Source: an uncultured Clostridia bacterium
Lineage (GTDB): Bacteria > Bacillota > Clostridia > Christensenellales > UBA1242
Length of the DNA stretch: 64,000 bases
Reading direction: 5' to 3'
Assembly: GCA_934754495.1 (NCBI GenBank)
Contig: CAKVHW010000002.1
Span: 138,925-202,924 of the forward strand
In this document: piece by piece, positions 1-15,000 of the stretch
How positions within the stretch are numbered: the first letter of the stretch is position 1
How the letters are laid out: the number at the start of each line of letters is the position of its first letter
The notes under the pieces: generated by a model
Told to the model about the DNA's origin: nothing
Databases searched by the model: none
The model's input: only the letters and a program-made list of their open reading frames with translations
Translations under genes and position numbers: made by a program

Positions 1-3000
1 TTTACTTTTATGGAGTTCCTATGAGAGCAACCACCAAACACACCTGATACATTTTCTGAACTAACCTGAGAAAAGTTCAACCCAGTAACACTTATATCTT
101 TTGTAATTGTAGTATTGTCAAACCCTGCCAAAACACCTGCGACCATACTAGAATAACTATAATAAGTTGTATCTTTACCATCTATATTTAGCCCATTAAC
201 CGTGATTTTAGAATCTAGTGTCTTGTTGTACAAATCACCAATAACACCCGAAATCATGTTTACATGGCCATACAAACTAATTGACAGATTTGTAATTTCT
301 ATATCGCCATTTATTGTGCCGGAGTTTTTATAAACAAGCCCACCACAATCTTGGGTTTTTAGGATTTTAGAGTTAGAAATTATAGTTGACACGCCATCAG
401 ATGTTGTTATTGTCCCTTCATTTTTATAAACACCAACAGAGTATGCATTTGTGTCTATTGAGCCATCAGAAATCTTAGAAGACACAGCCACACTAGATGC
501 ACTAAAGTCTTTAATTGTTCCTTTGTTTGTATCTATTGACGCTGTACCATTAATACTTATTTCCTTTAATGAAAATTGAGAAATTTCACCATTATTGGTT
601 GAAATAATTGAACTATTAAATGTTACACCTTGTATACTACCAGTAACTTTTCCATAATTACTCACATTCAAAGTAAATGGTTTATTAATAGTCTTTTTCT
701 CTTCAATATCAAAATTTACTGTTTGAATATTGCTTGCATTAAATTTAGTCCCTTCTCCAATTGGAGTAACAGCACCATACATATCATCGTATGCATTAAA
801 TGCATAAATCATATTTTTAAGTTCGGCAACAGTTTGAATATCAACTTCTTTTTGTCCAAATGGGTCTGTAGGAATTTGAATACCATTTCTAATATAAGGA
901 TAACCTTCATTAATATGGAAGTTGCCGTTTTTAACAACCCAAATAGATTTGTTTGTAGACTCTACAGTATCTGCATTAGTATAGTTGTAAGATGATTCTT
1001 TCATTACAAATTCTGAAATTTCACCATCACTACATGTTGCAATTTTACTACCACTGCTACCAGCAGATATGGCTTTTACACCGCCACCTACATATGTCTT
1101 GCCAAATCTGCCACCAGCAAGGCAGTTTCTAATAGTGCCTTGGTTTGAATAACACAATGCACCAAATTCAACATTAGAATTAATAGTTCCATTGAATTTA
1201 CTTGTTGTATAACTTTCGGCAATTGTACCATAGTTATAGAGTACAAAGTTTGAGAATTTATCATCCTTTAATACTGATGAAACCTCTTCTTTGCCATCTT
1301 GATTAACAGCTGCTGCTTTTACAAACACCATCATTGTACCAGATTTGTATATTTCACCATAGTTTGATGAAATTACAGAAATTTCCGACTGTCCAACATT
1401 TAATACATATTTATCATTATTTGTTAGACCAGATACAAATGCAATGTTATATAGCATACCATTGTTTTCATTCATAAAGAATGTATACGCACTTACTGCA
1501 CCTTCCACTTTCTCAAATTCAGTTTTGCGTAATACAAATAATATATTACTAATTATACCATCGTTTTTATTAAACAAATTCAATCCTGTTGTTACTTTTG
1601 TTCTTTTAATAACAACCTTAAAGTCACCATTTGTTTTATTTGATGTTAATATAGCACCACTGCCAACATTTAAACCTTCAGCAATTGTGGTAAAACTATC
1701 ACCAGTAAACACGTTGTAAGTATTTGCAGCAACATTAGCCACCAAAGTTGTAGGATTATTAGGATTATTTTTATTACCAGCATTATTGAAAGTTGTATAA
1801 GTGCTTATCATTTCATAGAACTTATCATATGATTCAAATGAACTAGTAAACATTGCCAAGTAATGTTTAGAACCTTTACTGTCAGCATTATTAAGTAAAC
1901 TTACTCCATTACTATCAGTTATATTAAAGTCTTGTAACAAACCATAACTAACATGATTATTTACAAGGTTTTTATTTTTCCCATCACTTGCAGTTGCTGG
2001 GTCAAACTCGCTAACAAAATAATAATTTTGAGAGCCTTCCACAACCTTTAAGCCTTTTGTAATTGCCGAATAAGATGCTTGATTTTTCTTGTTCTCAACA
2101 TTTGTTATTTTCGTTTCAACACCAGCTATATTTTTAACCACAAACTCCATTTTGTCACTATAAGCATAGAAACGTGTATAATCCATTACCCCATTAAGAC
2201 TAATACTAGCCGTTGTGTATCCAATTATACCACCAAGTTTAATTTTATTACTTTGAGCTTCTTTACCAGTACTATCTTTTGCTTGCTCATCGTACAAAAT
2301 ATCACCATAATTAGCCACGTTTTTAAATGCAACTGTTTTAGTCGCCTGTCCAATAATACCGCCAACATATGTATATGTTTTTAGTATCGCAAAGTTATTA
2401 GAAGCACCACCATTAAGGTTTACTAAATCAATATTTGCCATATTGTATGATTCTTCAATATTGATTGCATTCTTATTGTTGCTACCTACAATTCCACCAA
2501 TAGCAAGCGAATTAGCAGTTGCGGTGGTTTCATTTGCCTCAACAATAATATTAATTTTGGCAGTATTTCCTGTTTTTTGGATAGAACTATCGCATAATCC
2601 CGCAATTCCACCAATAGCAATTCCTTTTCTAGAATTAACCTCAGTTGCCGGAATGCCATTACCAGCATCAGCAACACCAATAAATGTGTAGTTAATTTCA
2701 CTATACACTTTTGTTCCATCATCGTAATAGCCAGTCTCAACACCATTAATTACATCGCCAGATGAATATCCTGCAATTAATCCAATGTATTCTTTGTCAG
2801 TATTAGAAATAGCTCTTATAGTTACATTACATCCTAGCGCATCTACATCTGAATATCCTACACCACTACTAGAACCAACTATTGCACCAATACCTACAAT
2901 TTTAGCATTTTTAGTTACTCCAGTTGCATTAATTATACTTACACCGCTAATTCTAATTTTATTAAACTTAGAATTAGCGAATGATGAACCATCAATAGCA

Positions 3001-6000
3001 ACCCTACCAAACACACCACCAATATAAATATTGGAACTTGAAGCACCTTTTGTCACTGTAGCAGTAATATTTTCGTCTGTTGCAGTAAGTGCTCCAATTA
3101 CACTTCCTTGTGAGGTTCCTGCAAATCCACCAAGGGAAATAGTGCCTTTATTAGATGTTATTTTATAATCAACACTGCCAATTTTATAAGTTATACCATC
3201 AATATTAGAATACAACAAATTACCAATGATACCACCCGCATTAGCAATTGTATCTTTATTGCTTACAATAGTACTTCCGCCATTAACTTGCAATTTGCAA
3301 TTTATAAACGAACTACGATATGCTCTACCAATAATATGACCATATGTAGATACATTTAATGTGTCAGTATCATAAGAAATAAGTTGTATTGTATCAGGAA
3401 TATTTATAATAATTTCACAATTTGTAAAGTTACAACCACTTGTGTTGTTGGCAAATAGTCCCAAATAACCTTCGCTATGCGATGTACCAATGCCACTTTT
3501 TCCACCTGCCAATCCAACACGTTTTGTAGCATTAATATTAAATTTAACATTTGTAAAGTTACAACCGCTTAGAATGTTGTACATGCCGTTGTAATTAGAA
3601 CTATCACTAGCTGCAAGAAGTGTAACATTAACCGAAACAACACTATTAGCAAAGAATACACAACTTGAAAGATTTATGTCTGTATTTTCAATTGTGACTT
3701 TATATGGAATTTCAGTAAATGAAATTTCCACACTCCTATCAAAAAATCTACCAGAATTGCCACCGCCATTTTTTGTCAATGTTATGTCTGCCAACTCTAC
3801 ATATAAAGGAGAAGAAGGAACCTCATTGCCTGTTGCAACATCAATAAATTTATAATTTTTGTTAATTTTATATATTTTATCTTTATAACCAAAAGTTAAA
3901 GCTGTTTTTAAATCATCATCATTGTTGATTTCAATAACATTTGATGTGGTGTTGTAGCCATATCTTGGTAAATACAATTTTGTATTTACGTACCAAATTG
4001 TAGAAGCCTTAGGATTACTTATTGTAAATACCTTATTTAGCATATCAGCCTCAGTATACTCACTAATGTCTACAATAAAGCCCCAGTTTGTCATAAACTC
4101 GTTTTTAAAGTTTCCAAGATCAGTACCACTTGGATTACTAATTAAATAATCGCCAGTAATATAAGAAATGTAATATTGTTTACCAATACGATATGGTGAA
4201 GTATATTCTTCTGTATATCTAGTAATTGTATCATTCGTAGTTTCAGAAATTGATCTACAATACAAAGACAATGCATTATTGCTAATTTTACTTGTATAGT
4301 TTTCATTATCTAGACTTCCAGTATGACTAACACCACCATAAGTAGAACTAATTACATTAAAGAAGTTGTTTGTATAGATTGTTGCATAACGTTCTTCTCT
4401 AGTTCCGGATATATTTTCTCTATAACCAGTTGTATAAGTGCTTACTAAATAATCAGATGCACCAATGTAAGAAGAACTTGGGTTTATATTATTTGCAGGA
4501 GTTTCTTCAACTGCCGAGCCGTCACTCAATGTGGCACAACTTACTCTACCAATTAAAGAACCTAAATATCTAAACCTAGCACTTTCGGTTGTTGGTGAAT
4601 AAGTATATGCTCCTGTTATGTTTCCAACCTCAAACATTGAGTTTTCACTACGTGTACTTCCAGCAAAATTTAAGAATTTGTTAATATCGTTTACATAGGT
4701 TACAACATTGTTGCTCCAAACATTCGAACTAACAACATTTATTAAATACAAATCTCTTTCTGCCCCACTCTTTCTGCCGTACATTTTATAACCAATTGCA
4801 CCACCAATCATTGTACTAGCATCAACATCACCAATTGTGTAGTCGTATGCCATATATAGCATGCCAACCGCTTGACCTACCAAGCCACCAGCGATGTATG
4901 AATAAGGATTAATAACATTAAGTTTTGAATAACTATCAACAATTGCAACCATGTTGCTGTAACCAATCAAACCACCAATTGCAATGTTTCTGCTTGAAAC
5001 ATCACCAAGATTATTAACAAAGAAGTTGTTTGCCGAAACGTTTCCAGCAGTTATTGTGTTGATTTGCGCATCAATTGTTTCTTGAATTGTTTCTGCGTGT
5101 TCAATTCGGCTTTCTATTAAGGCTGCCTTGTAAGAATAACCCACAATACCGCCCGCATAAGCCATACCAAACACACTTTGATTTAGATTATCAGAATTAA
5201 GTTCTACCTTAACATCTTTAACAATCAAAATGTCTGATTTCGATTCATTAACACCATTAAGTGAGTATTTTCCACCTAAATAGCCAAACACACCGCCCGA
5301 AACCATCGAATTAACAGCAAGGTTGTCTTTAACTGTTAGGTTTTGAATTGTTGTTCTGCCTGTTCTTAAATTTGCATATGTTGGGTCGTTTTCATCTTTT
5401 TTGTAAATTGATGGATTACTATAATCAAAGTCAACTCCAGATGTTCCAACAACCGCACCTGCAATTGCACCAGCATATGAAATATTTAAGTTTGACCAAT
5501 CAATATTATAATCGTGTTTTTTAAGAGTTACACCAATTTTATGAACACGTTGATTGCTATCAGTATAACTAAATTCATTATAATTAACATTATCAACTTT
5601 AAAGTTTTCAGTAAGGTTAAAGGCTTCGTTATCACCAGCACCAGAAGATGTGTCGGTTACATAATTTGCCATAACCCTAACATTAGATGTTGTAATTTCA
5701 GAGATTTTGGTGTTGTCACCAACAATCAAACCAGCAAGTCCACCAACCATATATTTACCACCAACAACATCACTTTCTTTGCTGTCTTGTGGTCCAACAA
5801 TATCTATTTTTGTAATTGTTGCATTATTGATTGTTCCAGCCAAAACACCTACTTTTCGGCTGTTTTCGCTACTAACTTCTCTGTAGTTTAGTTTTAGGTT
5901 GAATACAAACGCATTGGCAACATCATTCTTTTCCGACCCTAAACCAATTTGTGAGAAGATACCCCAGTTGTCACTCTCTGTTGCTTGTTGGTTAACAAGG

Positions 6001-9000
6001 TAAATATTAGAAAGTGTCATTGAATTTCCCATTAACACGCCATTAAATATAATGTCTGTAATAGAAATTTGGTCGCTAGCACCACTAATCTTGTACTTAT
6101 ATGTAATCTTATTGTCCGAGAAATCAAGATCTCTAACAACTTTTACATATCTAGCAGTAGATGAGTCACCATCATCGGTTGTTCCACCAAATACATACTT
6201 ACCATTACGTTTTTGAGTGTTTGTTACTATGTATTTAGCAAATTCCTCCGCTGTTGTGACAACAAGTGGGTTGTTTCTGCTACCAGGGTTGTTTTGAGTG
6301 TACGAATAATTAAATAATGTTTCTGTTCCGTTTTGAGTAGAAACGTTATCAGAATATCTATAATAAGTTTTTCCTTCTCTTTCAGTTGTTGTAAGAGTAA
6401 TTGTCTCACCGCTTAATGGTGATACATATACCCAATCACTAGAAACAGCGCTCAATTTTTTAATTTCAATTCCATAATACTTAAATGTATTATTTTTAAT
6501 TTGAAGAGTAGTATCAAGAGATGAGAATGTTAAATCATATACATCAGCAGTTCCAACACCGCTTGCATCTACTTCAATTACAAAGTACGAACTTGGAGCA
6601 GATATTAGTTCTCTGCAAGTATATATTTCAACATTTTCGCAGTTTGCAAGTGTAGGAAGTGCATTTTCGTTGTACAACCATACACCATCAACACTTGATT
6701 TATCACTAACAAAAGTAAATCCTGTAAAATATGATTGCGAAATAACCGAATCCGTAATAAGGTTTAAACCTACTGCTGGGTCAAGTCCTCTTAGTATTTC
6801 AAGATCAGCATTAGCACCAAGTCCCAATTCATTGTCAACAATTGCATAATAGCAATTTTTCAATGTTCCAAACATTGGCTTAACACTTACAAATAATGAA
6901 TGAGAAGATGAGTTTTTATCAATTTCTAGATTTCTAGATGTTGTATAAGCATTAACAATTTCACCTTTAGCACCATTTTCGTATACAAAACCAGCAGTTT
7001 GAGTACTAACATTCTTAATTTGAATATTAGTATAGCAGTCTTCAATTCTACCGGTATTTAGATATGTGAATCCACCAACCGATACAAGACTTTCAATAGT
7101 TGTAGATGTTGCACGGAAACTAGTAATACTATTACTTGTAACCGCACAAGAGTAAACTTTACCTGTGTTTTGACCAACAAAACCAGCCGTATGTGAATTT
7201 CTAGTGATTGTAGCATTATTTACAATGCTTATATCACTTGTAAAAGAGTTAGAGATTGTACCAGCATTAAATGATACAAAACCTGCCACCCTATTAGCAC
7301 CAGCTAATTTAAAGCCATTAACTCTTACTTGTTTTGACGATTCATTAGTTGAAACAGATGCTGTAATGCTTCCATTGTTTCTTACACCAACCATGCTATC
7401 GGCAATAACACCTGTATTTTGTCCAACAAGACCACCAATATAACCTGTTGATGTGGTTTGAGAACCACCAACCGAATAATAACCCGTGCTTAATGCAACA
7501 TACAAGTAGTTGTTGTTATCAAGCATGTTGTAATTTACAACTTTAACATTTATAACGGTGCCCTCGTTGTTGCCAGCCAATACGCCAAAGTAAACAAGTT
7601 CGGTTTCCCTTAAATCAATGTTAGGAGTAGTGTTTCCATTTTTCATTGAATTGTAAGTACTGCTACTTACAAGCAATTGAGCAATGTTAATGTTAAGGTT
7701 TTTAACAATACTATTTTCAGAAATTGTTTTAAACAAACCAACATATGCTTCAGTACTACCCTTTTCATTGGTTAGGTCAAGACTCTTAATATTTAATGTG
7801 TACCCATTACCATCTAGGTAATTTGCATTAAAATCAATAGGTTTCCAAGAAATCAAATCAATATCGCATTGAAGAATATAACTTGCACCTTCTTGCATCT
7901 TTTCCAAATCCTCTTGAGTGTTAATAGGATTTGGGTGATCTTCAGAACTATTATCTTCAATAACAAGTGTAAAGTAATAGTCAAACATGAACACTGTATA
8001 ACCTTCAATATTGTATTGATCTGTAATTACAATGTCACCATTAATATCATAATAATAATGGAATGTTAGTCTTAATGTATTAGTCGAAATCGACAATGCT
8101 TTTATCTTACAAAGACCATCTTCGGTTAAAAATTTAAATCCGCTATATATCTTATTAGCCAATAGTTTTTCATAACCATTAGATGTTGCAACATACCAGT
8201 TTACCCCATCATCAGAACCTGATATTGCAGAAACAAGTGCATTATATTTTTCAAGTTCTTTTGGTTTTAATACACCATAGTTATAATCATATGCTTTTTC
8301 ATTAAGTGTCGCAACAGCCTTTAATGTTTTTGTTGTTGCATTTTTAATTGTAACTACTCCATCAACAGCATCAAGTTCGTTTATATCTTCTAGAGTAAAC
8401 GACACAATCTGCAACTCAACTGTTTTATCTGCACTAAATGTCGTTTTGTTAATCTCTCGCTTACCGCTAAAGTTTAAGGTATATTTACCATATGTAAGCG
8501 CACCCGTATCAAGATAGTACTTTTTAGATAGATCAATTTCACTATCCATTAAAACAGGTTGAAGTACACCCTTATTGTCCATGTAGTACATAATGTTTTT
8601 TGCAACAATACTACCATCAGCTGCTCTTAAATTCCAATTAATTTCAGTATCTACATTTTTTGCTGTAATTGTAAGAGGTACAATTTCTCCCTTACCAATA
8701 ATACCATCAGAATATTTATCAAGGGTTGCAGTAATTTTAGGGAAACTTTCAACATGTAGTTGTTTTGTTTCACTTACAATAACATTTCTATCTTTATCAT
8801 ACAAATTAACTGTAATTGGGAAGTACACATCTTGTGGCATTGTTGTTCTAAAGTTAAATAGCAAGTAGTATTCGCCTTGTGCCATATCCAATACAGAACT
8901 GGAACCACCATATTGTGAAGGAAGTAACGAAGGATAATCCACTATTGTGTTCCATAGAATTATCTTATTGCCTACAAGAGTATTAGTTGTAGGAAGTTTT

Positions 9001-12000
9001 GAATAAGTAACACTATTATTGTCCAAATCCATTGACGAGATATATTGTTGACTAATATCAACATAATTTAAGTATTGAGAGTCAAGTTGTACTTCAACCA
9101 ACAATACATTGTTGTAATCTGGAGTAATTTCAACTTTTAAAATGCCTTGTTTGCCAGGAGCAATCGCCCAAATATCCGATTGATCAAATGCACTTCCGTT
9201 TTCTTCCTTAACAGGATAGAAATATGCATCAAGTGTAGAAACAGGATTTGGAGCAATTGTAAAGTTAAAGGTACTTTCTTTGCTACCACTAGTAGCCTTA
9301 ATTACAAATTCTTTATCATAATATAATGGGTTGTTGCCTTTAGCATAGATATTTACATAATCTTCCAAATTCATAGACAACACAAATGTAAATATGTGTC
9401 TGTGAATAGCAACTTCACCCACAGCATTATTGTCTTTAACGAATTCGTATTTTCTAAGTCTAATTTTTAATAGACTTGCTTCGCTTGTAGAATCAACAAC
9501 TAAGTTTGTTGATGAATTAAAGCCCTTGCTTACATCTACTAGAATATCATTAATTCCATTAGCAGAAAGTGTAACTGTTTGAAGTCCATCACCATTATTG
9601 GAGTAAACAATAACAGAAATTTCTTTTTCGTTTTGAGCTGAAATTCTAGCCTCGTCTTCACTAAACATAACGTTTAGGGCTTCAACAACAACATTAATTG
9701 TAATTTCTTTAGCAAGTGAACTTACAAACACTTTTTCGTTGTTGAAAATTACAAAAGGCGTAATACTTAATTTAATTTCACCAGTTCCAACTTTGTCTAG
9801 TGCCAACAAACTAAGTGTTGTTGTGTAATTAAAGTCAAGAGTTTTTCCAACCATTTTGCCGTCAATAATATCTGTACCAAACTTAACACTACTTGTAGCC
9901 TCTGTTGAGATATTTGTATTTCCGTCAACCGATTTCACAACAACTTGGAAACCGCTTGTGTTGGCTGGATAATCAATACCGTTAAGAATGTTTTCAAAAC
10001 CAAAACTATAGTCTTCGGCAACACCAACTGTAAGATTAAAACTTTCAACCATTTCATCGGTTTTGTCGTGTTTTACAACAAAATCTGTAAAGCCCTTAAC
10101 AACAACAATATTAAACTTAACATTAATTCCGTCATCTTTAAGGTTGTAGAAAGTCAATGTTGCTTGTCCTACATTTCTAACTTTAATTGTAATATAACTG
10201 TCATTAGAAGTATCAACATACACAACATCTTGGTTGCTACTAGCAACAATCATTTGCGATGCTGTGTCTTTATTAATTTTTAACGCACTAATTTCAAGAA
10301 TCTTGCCATTAATGCTAGCTACATAATATCCATCGCTTGTTATGCCATAAGACATTTTGTAACTATTAAGATTTTTAGAATCTCCGCTAGTTGTTGGGGT
10401 ATTGTACATTAAAATTACTGTGTCAGAATCATATAGCACATGACCTTGTAATTCTTCATCACCATCAACAACATAATATTTTCGACTGGTTTCGTCTACA
10501 TTGAAATCATTAACAATCAAGTTAAGAGTTGCTAGAGTGTCAAACCACAATTCATACTTACTTTCAGAAATTTTATCAGTGATAGTCAAGTATGGTTTAA
10601 TCATAACTGGCAAACCACCATTAATCTTGTTGGTAATAACCCATTTATGAGCATTAGGACCACTTGATATTGTAGCAGTACGTATCTCACCTGTATTATT
10701 ATCTTTAAATGTTAATATGTTGTTTTCACAACTTACTTCTTTGTTGTGTGGGAAAACACCACTACCATCTTCATTTTCAATTGCAAAAAATCCATCTACA
10801 ATTGTGATATAATAGGTATGTCCATCAACAAATACGCTAAAGTCTTGTTGCAAGTTGGTGGTTGTTACACCTTGTTTTATTATAAATTTATCTTTAACAT
10901 TGTTGTAATAGTCGTCACCGCCAACATAATTTTCATCATAGCTCCAATTGTCGCCATTCTTATATAGTTTAACGGTTGCCGAACCAACAGTTGTGGCATT
11001 TCCACTATTCAATTTTGTCATCAATGTTTCAATTAAAGTTGCATTAGTACTTTTGTCTAAAATATTTCCTTTGCTATCAGTCCAATATGTATGGTAGTAA
11101 TATGTTTTTTCATATTCAACATATTTCCTGCCATCTTCAGCAGTTTTAATTGCAAGTCCACCAATAATTTCTAGTGTTGCACTATCATTAATAGCATTAC
11201 CATTCTCATCAACCCAGCCATCGCCATTTTGATAGTATCTTGTTACCAACACATAACTTTCACCGCTTACTACTGTCACCAAACCAAGTTTTGCAAGCAC
11301 CTTAGAATCGACAACTGCAGTAGCATGGCTGGCATCATTGTACCAGTGTGCACTGTAATAATATTTGTTTCCGCCGTTTTCAACTTCTTGTAACTTACGT
11401 GCATTAAGCATATCTATTACAAATTGGTCAGAAATGTCATTGTTCACATACTGCCATACATTAAACGAAACATATTTAATAGCAGTGCTACCTTCTACAA
11501 TATTTGAAGTAGAAGAATTAAGTCTTGCAAGTGTATTGGCATCAGTAACTTCTTCAGAAAGCGTTTCCACGCCTTCACTCTTATCATACTTTTTATACCA
11601 TTTTTGATAGTATTCACTTGTAGGGTCATCTGTTGAGTAATAAGTGCTAATTCCAAATGTTGCATTTATTTCAAGTTCGGTAACTTCTACATAACTTATG
11701 TTTCCTTTAATGACAATCTTAGGAAGTGTATCCAATTTATCGCTTGTTTCTTTATCATCAACAAGGTTTTCTAAGCCACCTTCTTCGGTGTAATTACCAT
11801 ACCAATGTGCACCATCGTAATAATAACGTTTAAATACAAGATATATTTCACCGTCAAAGTTTTTAAAGCCATTAGCGGTAAACAATTCTTGAATTGTCTT
11901 ATACTCTGTTTTGTTAATAATGTTGTAGATATTTAAAATTTTGTTGTTTGTTAGCACTTTGTTTTCAATATTGATGTTAAGTTTTTCATTAACATAATAT

Positions 12001-15000
12001 CTATTTCCACCAGACAAATTAAACTCTTGTCCGGATGCATCAACAAGCACACCATTTTCTAGTGTATAATCAACACCACCAATTGTAATTGTAACTGTGC
12101 CATTAGGATTAATAGTACTATTTACTGATTTTACAATAATTGTAGGATTGCCTTCATAATAATGAATAATCTTTTTAGAAGAATCCTTATCATCTTCAAG
12201 TGGAATTGTAGCATAATAGCCACTTTCATATCCACCATATTGATACAAGTTGCCAACTAGCATTCCTGTACCTGCAATAAGTTTGGTATATATTTTACCG
12301 CCAAACTCACATGTATCGCTTGTGTTTGATGACAAGATTACGTCACCGTAAACATACATCTTAACACCGCTATAATAATACAACTTACCTTCATATGGAT
12401 TGCTTTTGCTATTTGAAATAAAGAAAATTCTTGTTACTTTGTTTCCGTCAATAACTATGTCACCGTCTTCTTCACTAAGTGTAATTTCTTTTAGCAAATC
12501 TTCAGTTGTTTCTATCGTTTTTTGTTCTGGAACATTAGCAAGCCAATATTCATTAAAGTCTCTAACAATTGTCAAACATTCTTTATCGCTATACACATTA
12601 GACCAGTTGTTGGTGTTAATGTAATATGTATTATCCTCATAAGTGAATTTGATAATAGGTTTAAATTCGGCAGCCTTTTCACCTATTGCTACAATATCAC
12701 CAGTAATTGATTCGTTGTAAACAACATTTGATTTGTTTTGTGTTTGGTCGTAAGCATATTTCCCGCTTTCAACCTTTTTCATTTCGCTTCTGGTATTGAT
12801 ACTAGCAACTTGTTCTGCTAATGAACTACCAGTTCCGCCAAACCTAGCCAAAACACCAATTATATCATTTTGTGTTTCGCTTGCAACAGTGTCGTTTACA
12901 CCAACTCTTAATGTTTTTAGTTTTAATAATGACTTTGTATCTGCTTTTCCATTAATAAAGTTATAACCAATTAAACTTTGTAACAAATCAACTTTATATG
13001 AATCAAAGCTTGAAATTTCACTAGAGCCTTCAAGTCTATAATATTCATAAGAATCTGCAAGTGGCGAACTTGCTAAATCACGCCTGTATGCCGAAAGCCT
13101 TAATTGATCATTGTTTCTAAATACAATGATTGTGCTTTCACTTACTTTTGTAGTCAAACCAAAATATGAAATTTTGTCATTAAAGATGTTTTTATCTTGT
13201 TCTATTGTAAACAACGAACCATTAAGTTTTGCATAAACTTTGCTAATTGTTGTGCTATCAAGAGTTTCGTTAATCTTAAATGTTGTTTTGCTTACTGCTG
13301 TTTCTTGCACAACAACATAGTTGCTATGTTTATCTAGGTTTTTATCACCTAAAATATTGTATGTGTATGTTGTAGGTTCGCTTGTATATTCTTTGTTGTT
13401 TGTGTCCGCAACCGCTATTGCATCGGCAAACACAAGTTTTAGCATATTATTTACATTTGCTTTTCCATCAAAATAAGAATTTTCAATTTTAATGCTTGCA
13501 TCTTCTCCGCCATTATCAAGAGTAGATTTAAAACCTACAAAAGCACCTGCTCTTTCTTGACTTGCATAAGCATTAGAAGCAATGTGTGAATTAAAATAAC
13601 TATTGTTGATTGTAAGGCTGTTATCAAGTTTTAAGTCTTCACTTTTTACCTTAGTAACTGCACCTACAAGACCACCAATATATTGACCAGTAGCAAATTC
13701 AGGCGAGTTGTTTTGAAGCACCACAACCGCACCTAAGTACTTAGATGCCATCGCTTCCATAACCTTAACATTGCCGTCATATGTATTAATGTCTTGCGAA
13801 GTATAAGATCTTACATAAGTGTATTCAAGTCTTGCATTTTCAGCAGTTCCTACCACACCACCAACATTATTATAACCAGCAATAATGTTTTTCATATTGA
13901 TGTTGTAAAGCATTTGAACTTGTGAATCATTAATTTCGGCATATTGCACATAACCTGCAATACCACCAACATTGCTATGACCAGCAATTACAGGATATAC
14001 AATGGCTTTGTTGATAGTAATATTTTGAGCATAACCCACTACACCACCAATATTTGCCTTAGCAAAATCCATTGCCACTGTGCTATTTGCTTTTTCATAT
14101 TTTAATGCCGTTAATCTTGCCAAAACATTAACTTCGCTAATATTTGCAAAATTACCCTCGCTAACACCAACAAACCCAACAATACCACCAACATTAATGT
14201 CGTTGTTGTTTCCTTGAAGTGTGCTTACACTAATTGCAATATTTGCATTAATGTTGCTATTGTTGATAGTGCTTTCACTTGGAGCACCCGTAACTTCTAC
14301 TTTGCCGTTTGTTTTACCAAACATACCCCCCACATTAACAGCACCACTGCCGTTTTGAACAACAGTGATTGTACCATTAACACGTGAGTTTTTAACAACA
14401 AGACTACTATTTACATTTCCTGCAATTACACCAATATTAATCTCTCTGTTAAATTCACCTCTTACGGTAACATTAACATTTTCAAAATTAACATGGTCAA
14501 GTGTAATTCCTGCCCTTACACTTGCAAACAAGCCAAAACTTGTATTTACAGAATCACTAGTAAATAGCATATTTAATCCATAAATTTTGTATTTGTAAGT
14601 TAAGGTTTCTGTTTTGGAAATGTATTTTGTAAATATTCCCGAAAGATTGTTTTTCAAAACATAATTAGGATTTGTAATTACATTGTTTAAAATTATCTCA
14701 TTTGCAAGCACATAATATTTGTCTGCAATTTCGGTTGTTTCACCATTAATAACTTTTGTGCCTTGCAAATATTTTTCAAAGTCGCTTCTGCTTCTTATTT
14801 GATATGGGTTTTCTTGTGTTCCGTCTGCAACATTAATGTTGAATTCGGTCTTTAGGTTAAATTGTCCGTCAGAGATTTGGTCAACAGCACCAACTGTGCA
14901 AATATACTTTCCAGCGGTTGTGCCCAAATACTCAATTACAACTTGGTTGTTTTTAAGTGTAACTTTAAATAAAGGTGCATCATTATTATATGTTCCGTTA

